Origin: Eledone cirrhosa
Lineage: Eukaryota
Assembly (NCBI GenBank): GCA_964016885.1
Contig: OZ024741.1
Span: 292,826,001-292,890,000 of the forward strand
DNA: 64,000 nt
Direction: 5' to 3'
In this document: positions 1 to 12,423 of the stretch, piece by piece
Layout of the letters: the number at the start of each line of letters is the position of its first letter
Position numbering within the stretch: position 1 is the stretch's first letter
Program-made: the position numbers and the translations under genes
The notes under the pieces: generated by a model
Database searches by the model: none
Told to the model about the DNA's origin: nothing
Seen by the model: the letters and a program-made list of their open reading frames with translations, nothing else

Positions 1-675
1 TCAAGCTTATTAGCTATCGTCATCACCGTATACCTTCCTGCCAGATGATTGAACGTCTGAAAGTATATACTTTCCTTATGCATATTAACGGCTGAGCAGC
101 CTAATTTGCATATCGAGTGAGTTAATCGGCCGGGCGCACCGAAAACGATAAACGGAAAAAATGAACGAAATTTCATTTCTCACTCTTAGAACTGCTGTTG
201 CTTAAATATAAGTAAGTATACGTACATACATATATGTATACAGACGTACAGTAGTATCTATATATATATACATACATGCACACATATATATATATGTACG
301 TATGGATTTACCGAACATTTATTATAATGCTCGGTGTGTTTGTAAACAAACATCCCGAATTAAGCCGTAGTGTTTAGCAACCATCGTTGCCCTTTTGTTC
401 AACACTGACAAAGGAACGATGTATTAACTACAAGCTTATTAGCTATTGTCATCACCGTATACCTTCCTTCCAGATGATTGAACGTCTGAAAATATATACT
501 TTCCTCATGCATATTAACGGCTGAGCAGCTTAATTTGTATATCGAGTGAGTTAATCGGCCTTTGTCAGTGTTGAACAAAAGGGCAACGATGCTTGCTAAA
601 CACTGTACGGCTTAATTCGGGATGTTTGTTTACAAACTCACCGAGCATTATAATAAATGTTCGGTAAATCCATAC

Positions 676-732
<57 letters not shown>

Positions 733-1232
733 CATGTATATATATATATACTACTGTACGTCTGTATACATATATGTATGCACGTATACATACGTATATT
801 TAAGTAACAGCCGTACTGATAGTGAGAAATGAAATTTCGTTTCATTTTTTCCGTTTATCGTTTTCGGTGCGCCCGGCCGATTAACTCACTCGATATGCAA
901 ATTAGGCTGCTCGGACGTTAATATGCATAAGGAAAGTATATACTTTCAGACGTTGAATCATCTGGCAGGAAGGTATACGGTGATGACGATAGTTAATAAG
1001 CTTGAAACTAGTATATCGTTCTTTTGTCAGTGTTGAACAAAAGGGCAACGATGGTTGCTACACACTTTACGGCTTAATTCGGGATGTTTGTTTACAAACA
1101 CACCGAGCATTATAATAAATGTTCGGTAAATCCATACGTACATATATATATGTGTGCATGTATGTATATATATACATACTACTGTACGTCTGTATACATA
1201 TATGTATGTACGTATACATACTTATATATATA
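1..1232. repeat. ~430-460 bp tandem repeat whose orientation flips at ~559
   Basis: CAAGCTTATTAGCTAT recurs at 2 and 431. From ~559 the sequence is the reverse complement of the same unit, with TTTGTCAGTGTTGAAC at 561 and 1023. Confidence 0.9.
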
Positions 1233-1238
1233 TATATA

Positions 1239-1305
<67 letters not shown>

Positions 1306-1341
1306 TACACAATAATTAAAACTATGTTCAAAACATTATAT

Positions 1342-1388
1342 TGCTGACAATTGTTTATTCCAAACTTTCGTTTGGAATCATCGGAGCA
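1342..1388 (-). ncRNA. Degenerate minimal type-I hammerhead at the 3' end of the Naiad-type element
   Basis: Reads tgct-CCGATGA-ttccaaac(gaaa)gtttggaa-TAAA-caattg-TC-agca. Stems I, II and palindromic III are intact; the core has two deviations. Confidence 0.7.
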
Positions 1389-2292
1389 CTAGAAAAGTTT
1401 GGACATATAATTAACTTCCTATTCAACTCAACAATCATATAGATACATGGATATTAATGTTGTCATCAACAGTTTCATATTTACAGAGTGGAATGGATGT
1501 GACAGAGATTACAAGAGAATTGTATAATAATTAGAGGCACAGAGTAGAATGCATGCGACAGAGATTACAAGGGAATAGTATAATAATTAAAGAGACATTA
1601 AGGTAGAAAGTTACTCGTAAAACGAGGACACTAGCAGTACATATGCAAGCGTATAGAGAGTGCAAATGCGTTAGGTATATACAGGACAGCTAGGTAGGAA
1701 ACAAGTAATGGTACTAGGCATATATAATTACTGTATGGCAAATGTATCACATAAAAATAACACAGGTTTACAAGCATATCAAGCAGACAAAGATGTTTGT
1801 GTATTAAAATGATGAGTTTATGGTGGATGTATAGTGTGATAATTGTTTCTGTAATTTTCAAATGTGCATGTGTTGAGAGTATTAATACTATTGTTTTCTT
1901 TTCTATTACATTGGTTATATTTTATTTAAGTGAATGTTTATAATTAGTTACAGCTATGGATTGTATATTGGTCCTATTATACTGTTATCCAGGGTTCGAG
2001 TTGTTCTGGAGTTATTCTTCTAACGGTTTAATTCCCGGAAGTGAGTTTGAAATCTATATTAAGGGGAGCTAATGTGAAAGGGGTGGTAATTAGCGATTAA
2101 TTTGTATATTATAGAAAAAAAATAGAAAAAATGTATAGTTGTCTACAGTTCCAATTGGATACATTCCTTGTGCTAATATACATTATATTGTGTTACAAGT
2201 GAATCCCTTTTATATAATGCTATGTATTTATATTTAATTTTAAATACAATCTATTTTCCTATAACACATTAAAGGTCTCATTATATTGTTAT

Positions 2293-2477
2293 GGATTGGC
2301 AGTATTGGTAGAGGGTCGGACGCCATGCTTTGACGCATAGAGTTATGGTCCATTCTTTGACGCATAGAGTTCAAATCCCGCCGAGGTTAACTCTGCCTTT
2401 CATCCTTACGGGGTCGATGAAATAAAGTACCAGTAATGCACTGAGTAATTGCTGGCCTTGTGCCAAAAGTAGAAACA
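2293..2477 (+). mobile_element. tRNA-derived SINE (family A, Meta-domain-like)
   Basis: A/B-box-like TGGCAGTATTGG and GAGTTCAAATCCC, central GCCTTTCATCCTTACGGGGTCGAT motif, and a 13-bp TSD ATTATATTGTTAT (2280-2292 / 2478-2490). The Meta-domain assignment is from recall only. Confidence 0.85.
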
Positions 2478-4217
2478 ATTATATTGTTATCTATCCATTA
2501 CCGAATAAAATATAAATAAGCTATAGAAAAAATGTATAGATGTTTACAGCTCCAATTAGTTAACTCTCTTGTTTAATTAATATACATTATATTATGTTAT
2601 AAGTGAATCCCTTATATATAATGTTATTAATTTATACATTTAATGATAAATACAATTTATTTTCCTATAATACATTAAAGGTGTTATTATATAATTACCT
2701 ATCCATTACTGAATAAAATATAAGAGAAGCTATAGTAGTTATATTAAATGGTGGTATCTTTATGTTTATTCCTAATAGCTATTGTAGAGTATAAGGTTTG
2801 AGATAAATAGGAGTTAAGTAGAGGAATGAGCTGATCATAGAGTGTGATGCTGTGGGGGTAATTATATGCTGATAAGACCTAGAGGTGAAGTGTTAATGGT
2901 GGTGAGGAATCCATATCTGACATTGTTATATACTAGCAGCTAGGTTTAAAGTTATGGAGAAGAGTGTCGGTGGTAGTGTTGACACATGATAAAAATCTCT
3001 GATTTTCTATTTAAGAGGTCTAGTTTAGAATAGATTATAGTGCGAGTATATGGTCTATTCCTAGTTTTCAGATAGTGTATGTAGTTAGATAAAGAAGTGG
3101 AGTTGGCTAGATTGTGATTTTTGAAAGTGTGGAGATGCGAGTTATATCTCGTCTTGAAGCAGTTCGAAGTAGAACCGATATAAGTTTTTGAAGAGTTGTT
3201 TGTATTGACTGTGCATGAGTAAATGATGTCTTTGATTAAGCAATTTTTACTTAAGGGGCAAGTTCTATTAGTTCTACAGTTACAGTTATTCTGGTTGTTT
3301 GCTTGCGGATAACTATGTTGTGTAGATGCATGGTTATTAGGGATATCATTAGGGTAATGATGGTTATCATTCTCATTGCTATTATTTTTCCTCATGGCTA
3401 TATTGTGAGAAATAATGTTGTAACTAGGTGATTTTATAGGTAGAAATTTAATTTCATTTTTATGGCCTGATTTAGTTAAGGCCTCATTATAGTATTGGGA
3501 ATTACTGTTAAATAAGGTATCATTATATGATAGAGTAGAGATTCTATTTGATATTCCTTTAGTAATTGAGTTTAATATGGATTTAGGGTGGTTAGAGTTA
3601 TCTACATAAAGTAGTTTTTCGTTCGGTTTATGAAAGGGTGTATATATTTTAGAGTCCAGGCGAGGGTAGCATCAAGGAATTTAACGTTTTTAGTGTTTTT
3701 ATCTAAGGTAATACCTAAGTTGAAGTTTTTGAAAATTTTATGTAATTATTTCCTAGTTGTGAATATACATTTTTTTATAGTCAATAAGAAGTAGTGCATC
3801 ATCGCGGTATAAACCACCATTGAGGTAGGGTAGATTCTTATGAATTTAATTTAAGAGATATAGGCCCACCAAATCAGTGACCTGCGCCGACTCACTAGAT
3901 CCCATAGTTATGTCAAAGTTGTTATGTGTATCCTTGCGGGTCCATAATTGATCCTCAAATGCAATTATGGTTTTTCGGGCTGCAAGGATGACATCAATTT
4001 GGGATCTAATAAGGTCGCTATTGTTCATAGCCATAATTAATGTCTTATTTAATAGGATAGAGGAAATAGAGGTGTAGTATGAATTAATATCAAATTGTAT
4101 ACATTGTTTTATTTTTATTCTCTTTAATATCATTGAACCATTCAATAACTTCACCAGTGGTTTATATTTATATGATGAGAAGATTTAAGACATAATACTC
4201 TGATAATATATATAACA

Positions 4218-4405
4218 CAGGGCGGGGGATTGGCAGTATCGGTAGAGGGTCGGACGCCATGCTTTGCAGCACAGTTACGTCCCTTTACGGACTGAGTTCA
4301 AATCCCGCCGAGGTTAACTTTGCCTTTCATCCTTACGGGGTCGATAAAATAAAGTACCAGTAATACACTGAAATAATTGCTGGCCTTGTGCCAAAAGTAG
4401 AAACA
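4218..4405 (+). mobile_element. tRNA-derived SINE (family A), full length
   Basis: Same family as 2293, with a 13-bp TSD AATATATATAACA (4205-4217 / 4406-4418). Confidence 0.9.
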
Positions 4406-4957
4406 AATATATATAACATTTGGATAAACCGAAACTATTCATTTTTATCACATAGTTTTTTGTCAGATAATGAAAAATATATTTTTATCATCCGCATTGC
4501 CTTTTAACATTCATGAGCTTTTAAAATCTATTTTTTATCCATTGCACATCTATCTTAATTCATTGCTCTACTGCCTTAATGTACCATTTTGGCATATTCT
4601 TTGATATGCTTCATTGTATCACAGTCTTATGTTTTCTTTTTTAAATATACATTATTTTCACACACACACATGCACTTATTTATATGTGTGTATTTTTAAA
4701 AATCTTTTCATTTTTATATGATCATGTGTTCTTTAGTAACAAAAGCAAAAACAATTGTACCACCACCATCTTCACAAACAAAATATATGAAGATAACATC
4801 CATCTGGTAACATCCAATCAGGACCCAACATATACTTTTGTGGTTTTGTTGTTATATGAAAGAAAATAAATTATATATACTGATTTTACTCACTCCAACA
4901 TTCACTACAATTCCCAAATCAAAAATGTGAAAGTCGGTGTAGCAACGAGTGTGTGTT

Positions 4958-5021
<64 letters not shown>

Positions 5022-5365
5022 GGAGTTGTAGTTTGCTTGGAGGATTGTGATAGTGTATAAAGTAGTATTTTATTTGGAAGCTACAACAATGCAAAATGGA
5101 CACAAATAGCATAAACTCAGACCCAGTTTCTTATAGTCTTCTAATGAAGAGTTTTTAGATCTGAAATATTAGAATGAGTAAATGAAATAACAGTTAACAC
5201 ATCGACATCTTTGTTGCCTTCAATTTATTCCAACATCTACCATCTATATTGCATTGCCAAAGTCTTCAAATAACATACTGCAGGACTAAAAACAAAACCT
5301 GTCAAAGGGCAAAGGAGCTCTTAAGAGTCAATGGCCATCCAAAATCACTGGGAGAGATGACTCCT

Positions 5366-5760
5366 TAGCCTTTGTCAAGGCAGAATTCTAGGAGAAGGAA
5401 AACTCTGATATAACACCTGCAACCCTGATGGTATCCAATGATGTTGACTTGTTCTTCTTTTTGGTAAATATCATCTTGGTTAAGAGAGTGGGACTGGCTT
5501 TGTGCAGTGCCTTTGCTCACTATAAAAGCTTCACGGCACAGGCATTGCTTTATATCTGGAGATCTCTCTGCACTTGCCGTCACATGGTACCATGGGCCCA
5601 GCACTATGTGTCAATAATTGTCACAAGTGTAGTGTTTGTACCAGAGTTTTCAAGTCGCTGGCTGGACTAAAAAGTCACACTCGTTCAGCGCATCGGTAGG
5701 GGTTCTCCTACATGGATATAAAGTAGTGGCCGTACTCGAAAACGAGTTGGCAGCCACCAT
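5366..5760. mobile_element. Unclassified ~400 bp interspersed repeat, copy 1
   Basis: Nearly identical to 12424-12818. Both end at GGCAGCCACCAT immediately before an AT microsatellite. Confidence 0.8.
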
Positions 5761-5780
5761 ATATATATATATATATATAT

Positions 5781-7086
5781 GTAAATATCTTTAAGTTGTT
5801 TGGAAGCCTCGACAATGCAAATGGGTAAATCTCCGGGTAACAAGATCCGGTGGTGGAGAGAGAGATGTAAGTGGGTGTACGTTGAGATGCGTGGTGTGTA
5901 TGAGATGTGTAGAAGAATGAAGGAAAGAGTATAAAGGATAAAATTAAAATAACAACACGAGAGAGAGTTACCTTGGGAGAGATTCAATAGTCCCTATATA
6001 TTTCGGATTCACATCCATCAACTGGGGGGTTTTCCGGGGTGGGGGAAAGGTTGTCTGTCGGACAGGTGCGAAACGCGTCCTCCGCTGTTTGTTGTTTTGA
6101 ATATCTGAGGTATTCGGCAGAGCGCGCGTGCGCGTGAAATGGGGTCGGTCGGGCAGAGGTCAACGGCCGAATGAGGGAGTAGGGTGGCGCTAGCTGCCAG
6201 TCCATTCTCTGCCTGTTTGTTAAATGTTACTGTGTGTGTGTGTGCGTGTGTTGTTGTCTCGCTTGAGTGTGTGTGTGTGCGTGTGTGTGTGTCGTTGTCT
6301 CATTTGTGTGTGTGTGTGTGTGTGTGTGTGTTGCTGCATCGTTTGTTAGCTTAAACCAGCCATCTCATTTCGGTTCTCTCTGATCGGTTGTTTATTTGCG
6401 GTTGCAGGCGTTTGATAAAAAGCGCTTCCTTGATACGTAACGTGCCGACGTTTCTTTCAGTCGCTAGAATTGTGACAATGGGCCTTCCGTCTTTGTTTCC
6501 ACATTTGTCTATGTGTTTCCGGAAAGACGAGGCCCTGGTTTTAGTGTGTTCCTTGATCCGGATGTGCAAAGGTCGAATTGTGCTACCTATGTAGTATTGG
6601 TTGCACCATAGGTAGCACAATCCGACCTTTGCACATCCGGATCAAGGAACACACTAAAACCAGGGCCTCGTCTTTCCGGAAACACATAGACAAATGCGGA
6701 AACAAAGACGGAAGGCCCATTGTCACAATTCTAGCGACTGAAAGAAACGTCGGCACGTTACGTATCAAGGAACCGCTTTTTATCAAACGCCTGCAACCGC
6801 AAATAAACAACCGATCAGAGAGAAGCGAAATGAGATGGCTGGTTTAAGCTAACAAACGATGCAGCAACACACGCACACACACACACAAACGAGACAACTA
6901 CACACACACACGCACACACACATCTCATACACACCACGCATCTCAACGTACACCCACTTACATCTCTCTCTCCACCACCGGATCTAGTTACCCGGAGATT
7001 TACCCATTTGCATTGTCGAGGCTTCCAAACGACTTAAAGATATTTACTTATTATTCCACAATGCTTCAAGCAAACTTCAATACTCT

Positions 7087-7088
<2 letters not shown>
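5781..7088. mobile_element. Fold-back Penelope/Poseidon-type PLE fragment: two inverted GIY-YIG C-termini with 3'UTRs
   Basis: ORFs 6351-6620(-) and 6578-6847(+) both encode (Y)IGSTIRPLHIRIKEH..LRIKE.LFIK..QPQIN. The arms mirror around spacer 6592-6606, and outer arms 5781-5910 / ~6918-7047 are also inverted. (TA)n flanks both sides. Confidence 0.9.
5992..6027 (-). ncRNA. Hammerhead-like motif with variant core
   Basis: Reads ccc-CAGTTGA-t-ggat(gtga)atcc-GAAA-tata-TA-ggg and lies downstream of the GIY-YIG ORF, where a pLTR ribozyme is expected. Confidence 0.55.
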
Positions 7089-7163
<75 letters not shown>

Positions 7164-7302
7164 GGGTGTGTATGATTGTGTATAGAAGATTATATTAATA
7201 AAAGGAATTCCAACTTTGTCTGATTTACTCGTTTTATTTACAATCCTTTAAAATTATAATGATATGATAATGAAATAGTATAGTAGAATATTAAATGTTA
7301 AT

Positions 7303-7341
7303 TGAACAAGTACTTTCATGCTTTCGCAATCTTCAGGTTCA
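7303..7341 (-). ncRNA. Minimal type-I hammerhead in a solo pLTR-like fragment (~7194-7411)
   Basis: Reads tgaac-CTGAAGA-t-tgc(gaaa)gca-t-GAAA-gtac-TT-gttca with a canonical core. Adjacent fold-back at 7349-7411; sister copy at 27697. Confidence 0.85.
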
Positions 7342-7479
7342 TATTCAGTGGTGACAGTCAAGTTTGTAATTTTCAACTGACAGTTGAAAATTGCAAACTT
7401 GACTGTCACCATATATGATTTGATATATGACATACCTCTACGGTTTTGATATTTCAATTCCAGTATTAGCAGTACTGAT

Positions 7480-9783
7480 AATAAAATATCTCTGCTAATA
7501 AAATATTTTTGAGGAAAAGGCTGAATATTATAATGAAGCTTTAAATAGAGCAGGCTATACGAATAAAATTAAATACATTGACAACAATAATAAGGCAAAT
7601 CACCCTACTATTAATTAATATAAGAATAAACAATTTAACTTAAACTCTAAAACAAACAAAAGAACTAGAACTAGAAATATTATTTGGTACTCAACCCCAT
7701 TCTCATTAAGCGTTAAAACACCTTTAGCAAAGCTATTCTTTAAAGCACTAGACAAATGTTTTCCTAAAACCCACACTACCGCTCAATCTTTAACAGACAT
7801 ACTATAAAACTATCCTACTCTACTACAATGGACATAGCACAAAATATAAATAGAATTAATAATAGAAACTTAAATTTAAACCCTAACCAAAAAAAACATA
7901 ATAGTAATAATAATATTTCTACAATATCCAGTATAACAGTACCATTCTGAGCAACAACAACCCCGTAAAATGTAACTGTAGAATTAAATCAAACTGCCCT
8001 TTACAAAATAAGTGATTAGATAAAAACATAGTTTATAAATGTACAGTTAAAACTAGTGATAATATATTCAACTATGTCGGTGCCACTTTAAATTTCGCTG
8101 GAATAACCACAATTGTTCTTTTAGAAGATCTGACAAAAAATATTCTACTACCCTCTCACATCTTATATGGAATTTAAAAAGCAGGAATATAGACTATTCA
8201 TTATCTTGGAAAATGAATTCAAAGTACCTGCTTACTGAAACACGGCCTTATCAAGATTCTGTAAATTGTGTATTGAAGAAATTTTTAATATAATTAATTG
8301 TAAAAACTCTATTAATCTTAGAACAGAAATATTTAGTTGCTGTAAACATCGCCAAAATTCTACATTCAGAACTATATGTAAATTATAATATACTTATAAT
8401 ATTCCTATTAATCTCCAAAATGATCTTATCTGCTCTAACATTTTATATTTTTAATACTTTAATATATTAATATCTCTAAATCATAATATCTTTAAAATTT
8501 CCGATAATATATATATATATGTGTGTATGTATAGATATGTATTTATATATATTTATGTACTTCTACATTATGTACTTCTATATAATTTTAATTTTAATTC
8601 TTTTTTCTTAATTTTTTATTTTCCTAATGACACCCTCTAAAGCTAATTTTTAAATGTAGATTAATAACTATTAACTGTTTTTAGTAAAATATATCCTATT
8701 CAGGATGGTGTTTAATTATTCATATTTCTTTAGAATAAATAATAAATCCCACACTAGCGATTAATAAAAAAAATTGAGTTATCTTTACTTCTTTCAATCA
8801 TAAAAACTTGTTATACATAACTCCGTTAATTTAACCTTATAAATTGTAACTACCTATTTATTTACATAAAATCAACATCCCTAGTAACCTATATTAGGAA
8901 CAAACACCTATTTATTTTATTTATTTATAAATCAACATCCCTCGTAACTCATATTATAAACAAACTATCCTTTAAAAAAAACCACATATGCTATTATTAA
9001 AATACATATATAGATATTTAGATATTATTATAATAAGATAAATAACTCTCCATATAAATATAGATAAATGTCTGAATATATTTTCCCAAAATTAACGTTC
9101 AAGTGGTCTTCTTTTTCCTTTTTCTTTCTTCTTTAACAATTTTAGTTTGATAATTTATATAGCTTCGTTAAATTAACTATATTCTGAAAACATTCTAAAT
9201 GTTGAACATTTTTGAATCCACAAATTATTTTAATCTCACAACTTGAAAATAAAATTTTCCACATCCTTCGTAACTCATATTTATTTATATAAACAATCAA
9301 TGCATACGCAAATTATTAATATATGTAGAGATATTTACTGTATATACATATAACCTATCCTAATGTAATAAGATCAAAATACTTACAACCATAAGTCTTC
9401 ATATAATTTTATAACTTATAATATAAGTAACAAAAATCTTTTCCCCAAAATTAACGTTATTCTTTTCTCTTTCTCTTCTTTCCTTATCATAAATATTAAA
9501 ATTTTCTATAGCGTCTAAAATAACGTTTTTCATCCCTTTAATATACACATCATTTGCATAATCATATTAATAATTTTAAATATCTGACTTTTCTCCTCTC
9601 TTCCCTTCACTTTCCAGGGATAATTTGAACTGTTAAGGTATATCATCCTTGGTCATTTCAAATATTTATAAAACATTTTGTATTTTATCTGATGATAGCG
9701 TACCAAAATGTTTGGTACCCTTGAAATATATATAATAGAATAAATATGGTTTTATAAATATAGTTTCCATTTATTTAATATCA

Positions 9784-9787
<4 letters not shown>
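7480..9787 (+). mobile_element. Decayed 3' part of a second Naiad-type PLE (thumb, linker, GIY-YIG, ~1.3 kb 3'UTR)
   Basis: Across frameshifts it translates as YYNEALNRAGY, RNIIWYSTPFS, IFNRHTIKLSYS, CNCRIKSNCPLQNK*L, IVYKCTV..YVGAT, STTLSHLIWNLK, CKLCIEE and NLRTEIFSCCKH. It ends in a hammerhead and then (TA)n. Confidence 0.88.
9681..9742 (+). ncRNA. Intact minimal type-I hammerhead ribozyme
   Basis: Reads tattttat-CTGATGA-tagcgtacca(aaatgtt)tggtaccctt-GAAA-tatata-TA-atagaata, with an 8-bp stem I and palindromic stem III. Confidence 0.88.
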
Positions 9788-9820
<33 letters not shown>

Positions 9821-9833
9821 TATATATATATAA

Positions 9834-9874
<41 letters not shown>

Positions 9875-9889
9875 TATATATATATATAA

Positions 9890-9955
<66 letters not shown>

Positions 9956-10069
9956 TATATCATTTTTACATTTGATATTTTTCATTCTAGCATGTGTTAG
10001 ACAGAATGTTTTGAAGCATTATGTTATGGACTGTTGCTCTTCATAGTGTGACCGATTATTGGCAACTCT

Positions 10070-10520
10070 AATGATACTGCTGCATGGTAGTGAGACATGG
10101 GCAGCAACTGCAGAGGATATGCGACAGCTGGAGAGAAATGAGGCAAGCATGCTCTGTTGGATGTGCAGTGTAAATGTGCGTGAACGACCCAGCATAAATG
10201 TGTTGAGAGAGAAACTGTGTCTGAGAGGGATAGAATGTAGTGTACGGGAGAGGAGACTGAGGTGGTATGGACATGTGATGCGCATGGAGGATGACCGATG
10301 GGTGAAGAAGTGCCAGGAATTGCGAGTTGAAGGAAGACGTAGTAGAGGTAGACCACGAAAAACATGGGCGGAGGTGGTGAGAACAGACCTCAGATCATTG
10401 AAGCTCAAGGTGGAGATGACGAGGGACCGTGACGAGTGGAGAGATGCTGTGCTGAATAAGACCCGTCCCACCCTTGAAAGCAGGGAAAAGCGGACGTAAA
10501 ATGATGATGATGATGATGAT
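10070..10520 (+). mobile_element. RTE-clade LINE 3' fragment (family 1)
   Basis: [37 protein letters not shown]. The ORF runs directly into GGACGTAAA and an (ATG)n tail. Confidence 0.92.
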
Positions 10521-10854
10521 ATATACATATATATAAAACACCTATTAATAATTCAATTTTAGTTATCCATCACAAAAATGAAGTAAACTAAATATAGATA
10601 TGTTTGTGTATATTTGTATTTATATATGTGCTTGTGTGTGTATATATGAGTTTATATGTATGTGCTTGTGTGTGTATCATTGCTGTTAAACGCCTATTTT
10701 CTGTACTCTTGCATGGGTTTGATGGGTTACGTTATAAAGCCAGCTCTGTTAGGTGACCACATCTTGCTCATACAATCCGATTTTGGCTTGTTCATTGTGG
10801 CTGGATGCTCTTTCTAACACCAACCACATTTAGATTGTGCTGGATGGGAAAGTG

Positions 10855-11115
10855 GAAGCATGTGGCCTAGTGGTAAGTGTGTTGGACTTATGATCATAAT
10901 GTTATGATTTTGATTCCTGGACTGGGTTGAATGTTGCGTATTTCAGAAAAAACATTTCATTTCCTATTATTCCAGTATGCTCAGCTGAAAATGAGTACCA
11001 GCAGTAGCTGGGGAGGGGTTAACCCTACATGGCTAGTATCCTTTCATGGGGGGGAGTCTTGTATGCTCAGTCACTTATTGCCACAAAAACCGGGATAAAC
11101 ACCAGCCTGATGAGC
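10855..11115 (+). mobile_element. Diverged tRNA/CORE-type SINE (family B)
   Basis: GTGGCCTAGTGGT A-box-like head, B-box-like TTTGATTCCT and CTCAGCTGAAAATGAGTA. Resembles copies at 32882, 41563, 42080 and 57470. Confidence 0.65.
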
Positions 11116-11139
11116 TTTGTCTTTCATGTACACAGTGAT

Positions 11140-11620
11140 TACATATCCATTAGAGCATGCATGCCTCATTTCTTTCAAATCTTTGTTGGTCTTCTTCTTA
11201 TAAAGCCCAAATCTCATTTCCATGTAGCATTGCCCTTCACACACAAGCATCATACAATGTCTTTCATTTTCAAGGAAACAAAACCTTTTGAACCTGGCAG
11301 AGATAGGAGCTCCCTGAACCTTTTCTGCTCTATTTTCACACTGGCTACAGTAATTTCAGAATACCAACCTCTATTGTTAATATGGTCACCTAGGTAATGG
11401 AAATTGTCAATTACCTGCAGAGAACCATTGAGCATTTGATAAACCCTGCTTCTTGTAAGATACTACTGCTCTAATACATCAACTTCTTGCATAGTCTATG
11501 TTTTTTGTTAGCTTGCTTGAGATCCTTCTATATCTCTGGTGTACCCACAGTTTACGTTTGGAATATACAATGGAATTTTGGAATGTGACAGGATAAGGAT
11601 AAGATAAAGATCCCACAACT
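11140..11620 (-). pseudogene. Old RTE LINE fragment (post-RT region)
   Basis: KLWVHQR, DNFHYLGD, KRFRELL and FVSLKMK are collinear with 38640-39400 and overlap the start of 17020 (KGFSLKMKG). Confidence 0.7.
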
Positions 11621-12423
11621 CCTTGTGGAGTCGTAAAGGCACCATCATATGGTGTGTCTAGGGCACTTCTAAACCTGGTGGAGCCCAACCCTCTCCATGT
11701 CTGAACACAACAGATTTTTCTATAGAGGAAGAATCAACCCCAGTACTGGACTGGTACATTTTTTATCAACCTTGAAAGGATGAAAGGCAAAGTTGACCGC
11801 AGCAGGATTTGGATGTGCAATGACAAATACCAATGTTTTAACAACTCAGCCAATTAGCAGCCTATATGACAGAAATATGTTGAATAGACTTTCAGTAGTT
11901 AAGTAGTGACAAGAAGGAATAATGGGTGACACAGTGATGTGATTTAACAACATTTTTTGTGCATATATGAAACAGTAATTACTGTGTATTCATGTTCATG
12001 TTTGTGTATGTCTCTTTTGCGAGTGGGTGTATGTATTTATTTTTACATACATGCTTAGATACATAAATAAATTTCTTGTAATGTTTCCTTCCGAGCCACT
12101 AACTATTTCTTGCAATTTCAAGCAAAATGCTTATTACTGTGGTTTTCTTAGGAGTGTTTATATTTATACATGAGAAGCTAACTAAATTTGTCCAGTGCCA
12201 AGTTTCATTTTCATATGTAACAAATATTGCTCATTTTAGCCAGTGTACGCATGTATATACATGTATATATGCATATGTGTGTGTGTATATATATATGTGT
12301 ATACATGTGTACACACAACGACATATATATATATGTATGTATGTATGTATATGCACAGAGATATAGAAATAGTCGGGCTGGACACCCGATCGCGCGGTTA
12401 AACCAGAGGGAGAGAAGGACCCC

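Larger units (their letters stand above)
1302..4180 (-). mobile_element. Decayed, 5'-truncated Penelope-like element of Naiad type (RT + GIY-YIG + long 3'UTR/pLTR)
   Basis: The minus strand gives RT motifs QFDINSYYTSI, MGSSESAQVTDLVG and GGLYRDDALL, then FLDATL and KPNEKLLYV..SNHP. These are followed by a CxCx5Cx5C linker (CNCRTNRTCPLSKNC), the GIY-YIG motif IIYSCTV..TYIGST..FKTRYNSH and LLNRKSE..CQH. It has frameshifts and an internal deletion. Confidence 0.9.

Noticed and set aside
4218-4310. tRNA gene
   Set aside because: The A/B-box head belongs to a multi-copy SINE with TSDs, and no cloverleaf can be folded.
5140-5180. Hammerhead remnant CTAATGA..GAAA
   Set aside because: The core is mutated and the stems are unconvincing.
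5365-5670. Duplicated 79/80-aa ORFs as a small gene
   Set aside because: They overlap on both strands inside a dispersed repeat and show no recognisable motif.
8626-8662. SECIS candidate ATGA..AA..GA downstream of the Naiad ORF
   Set aside because: The required helix does not pair.
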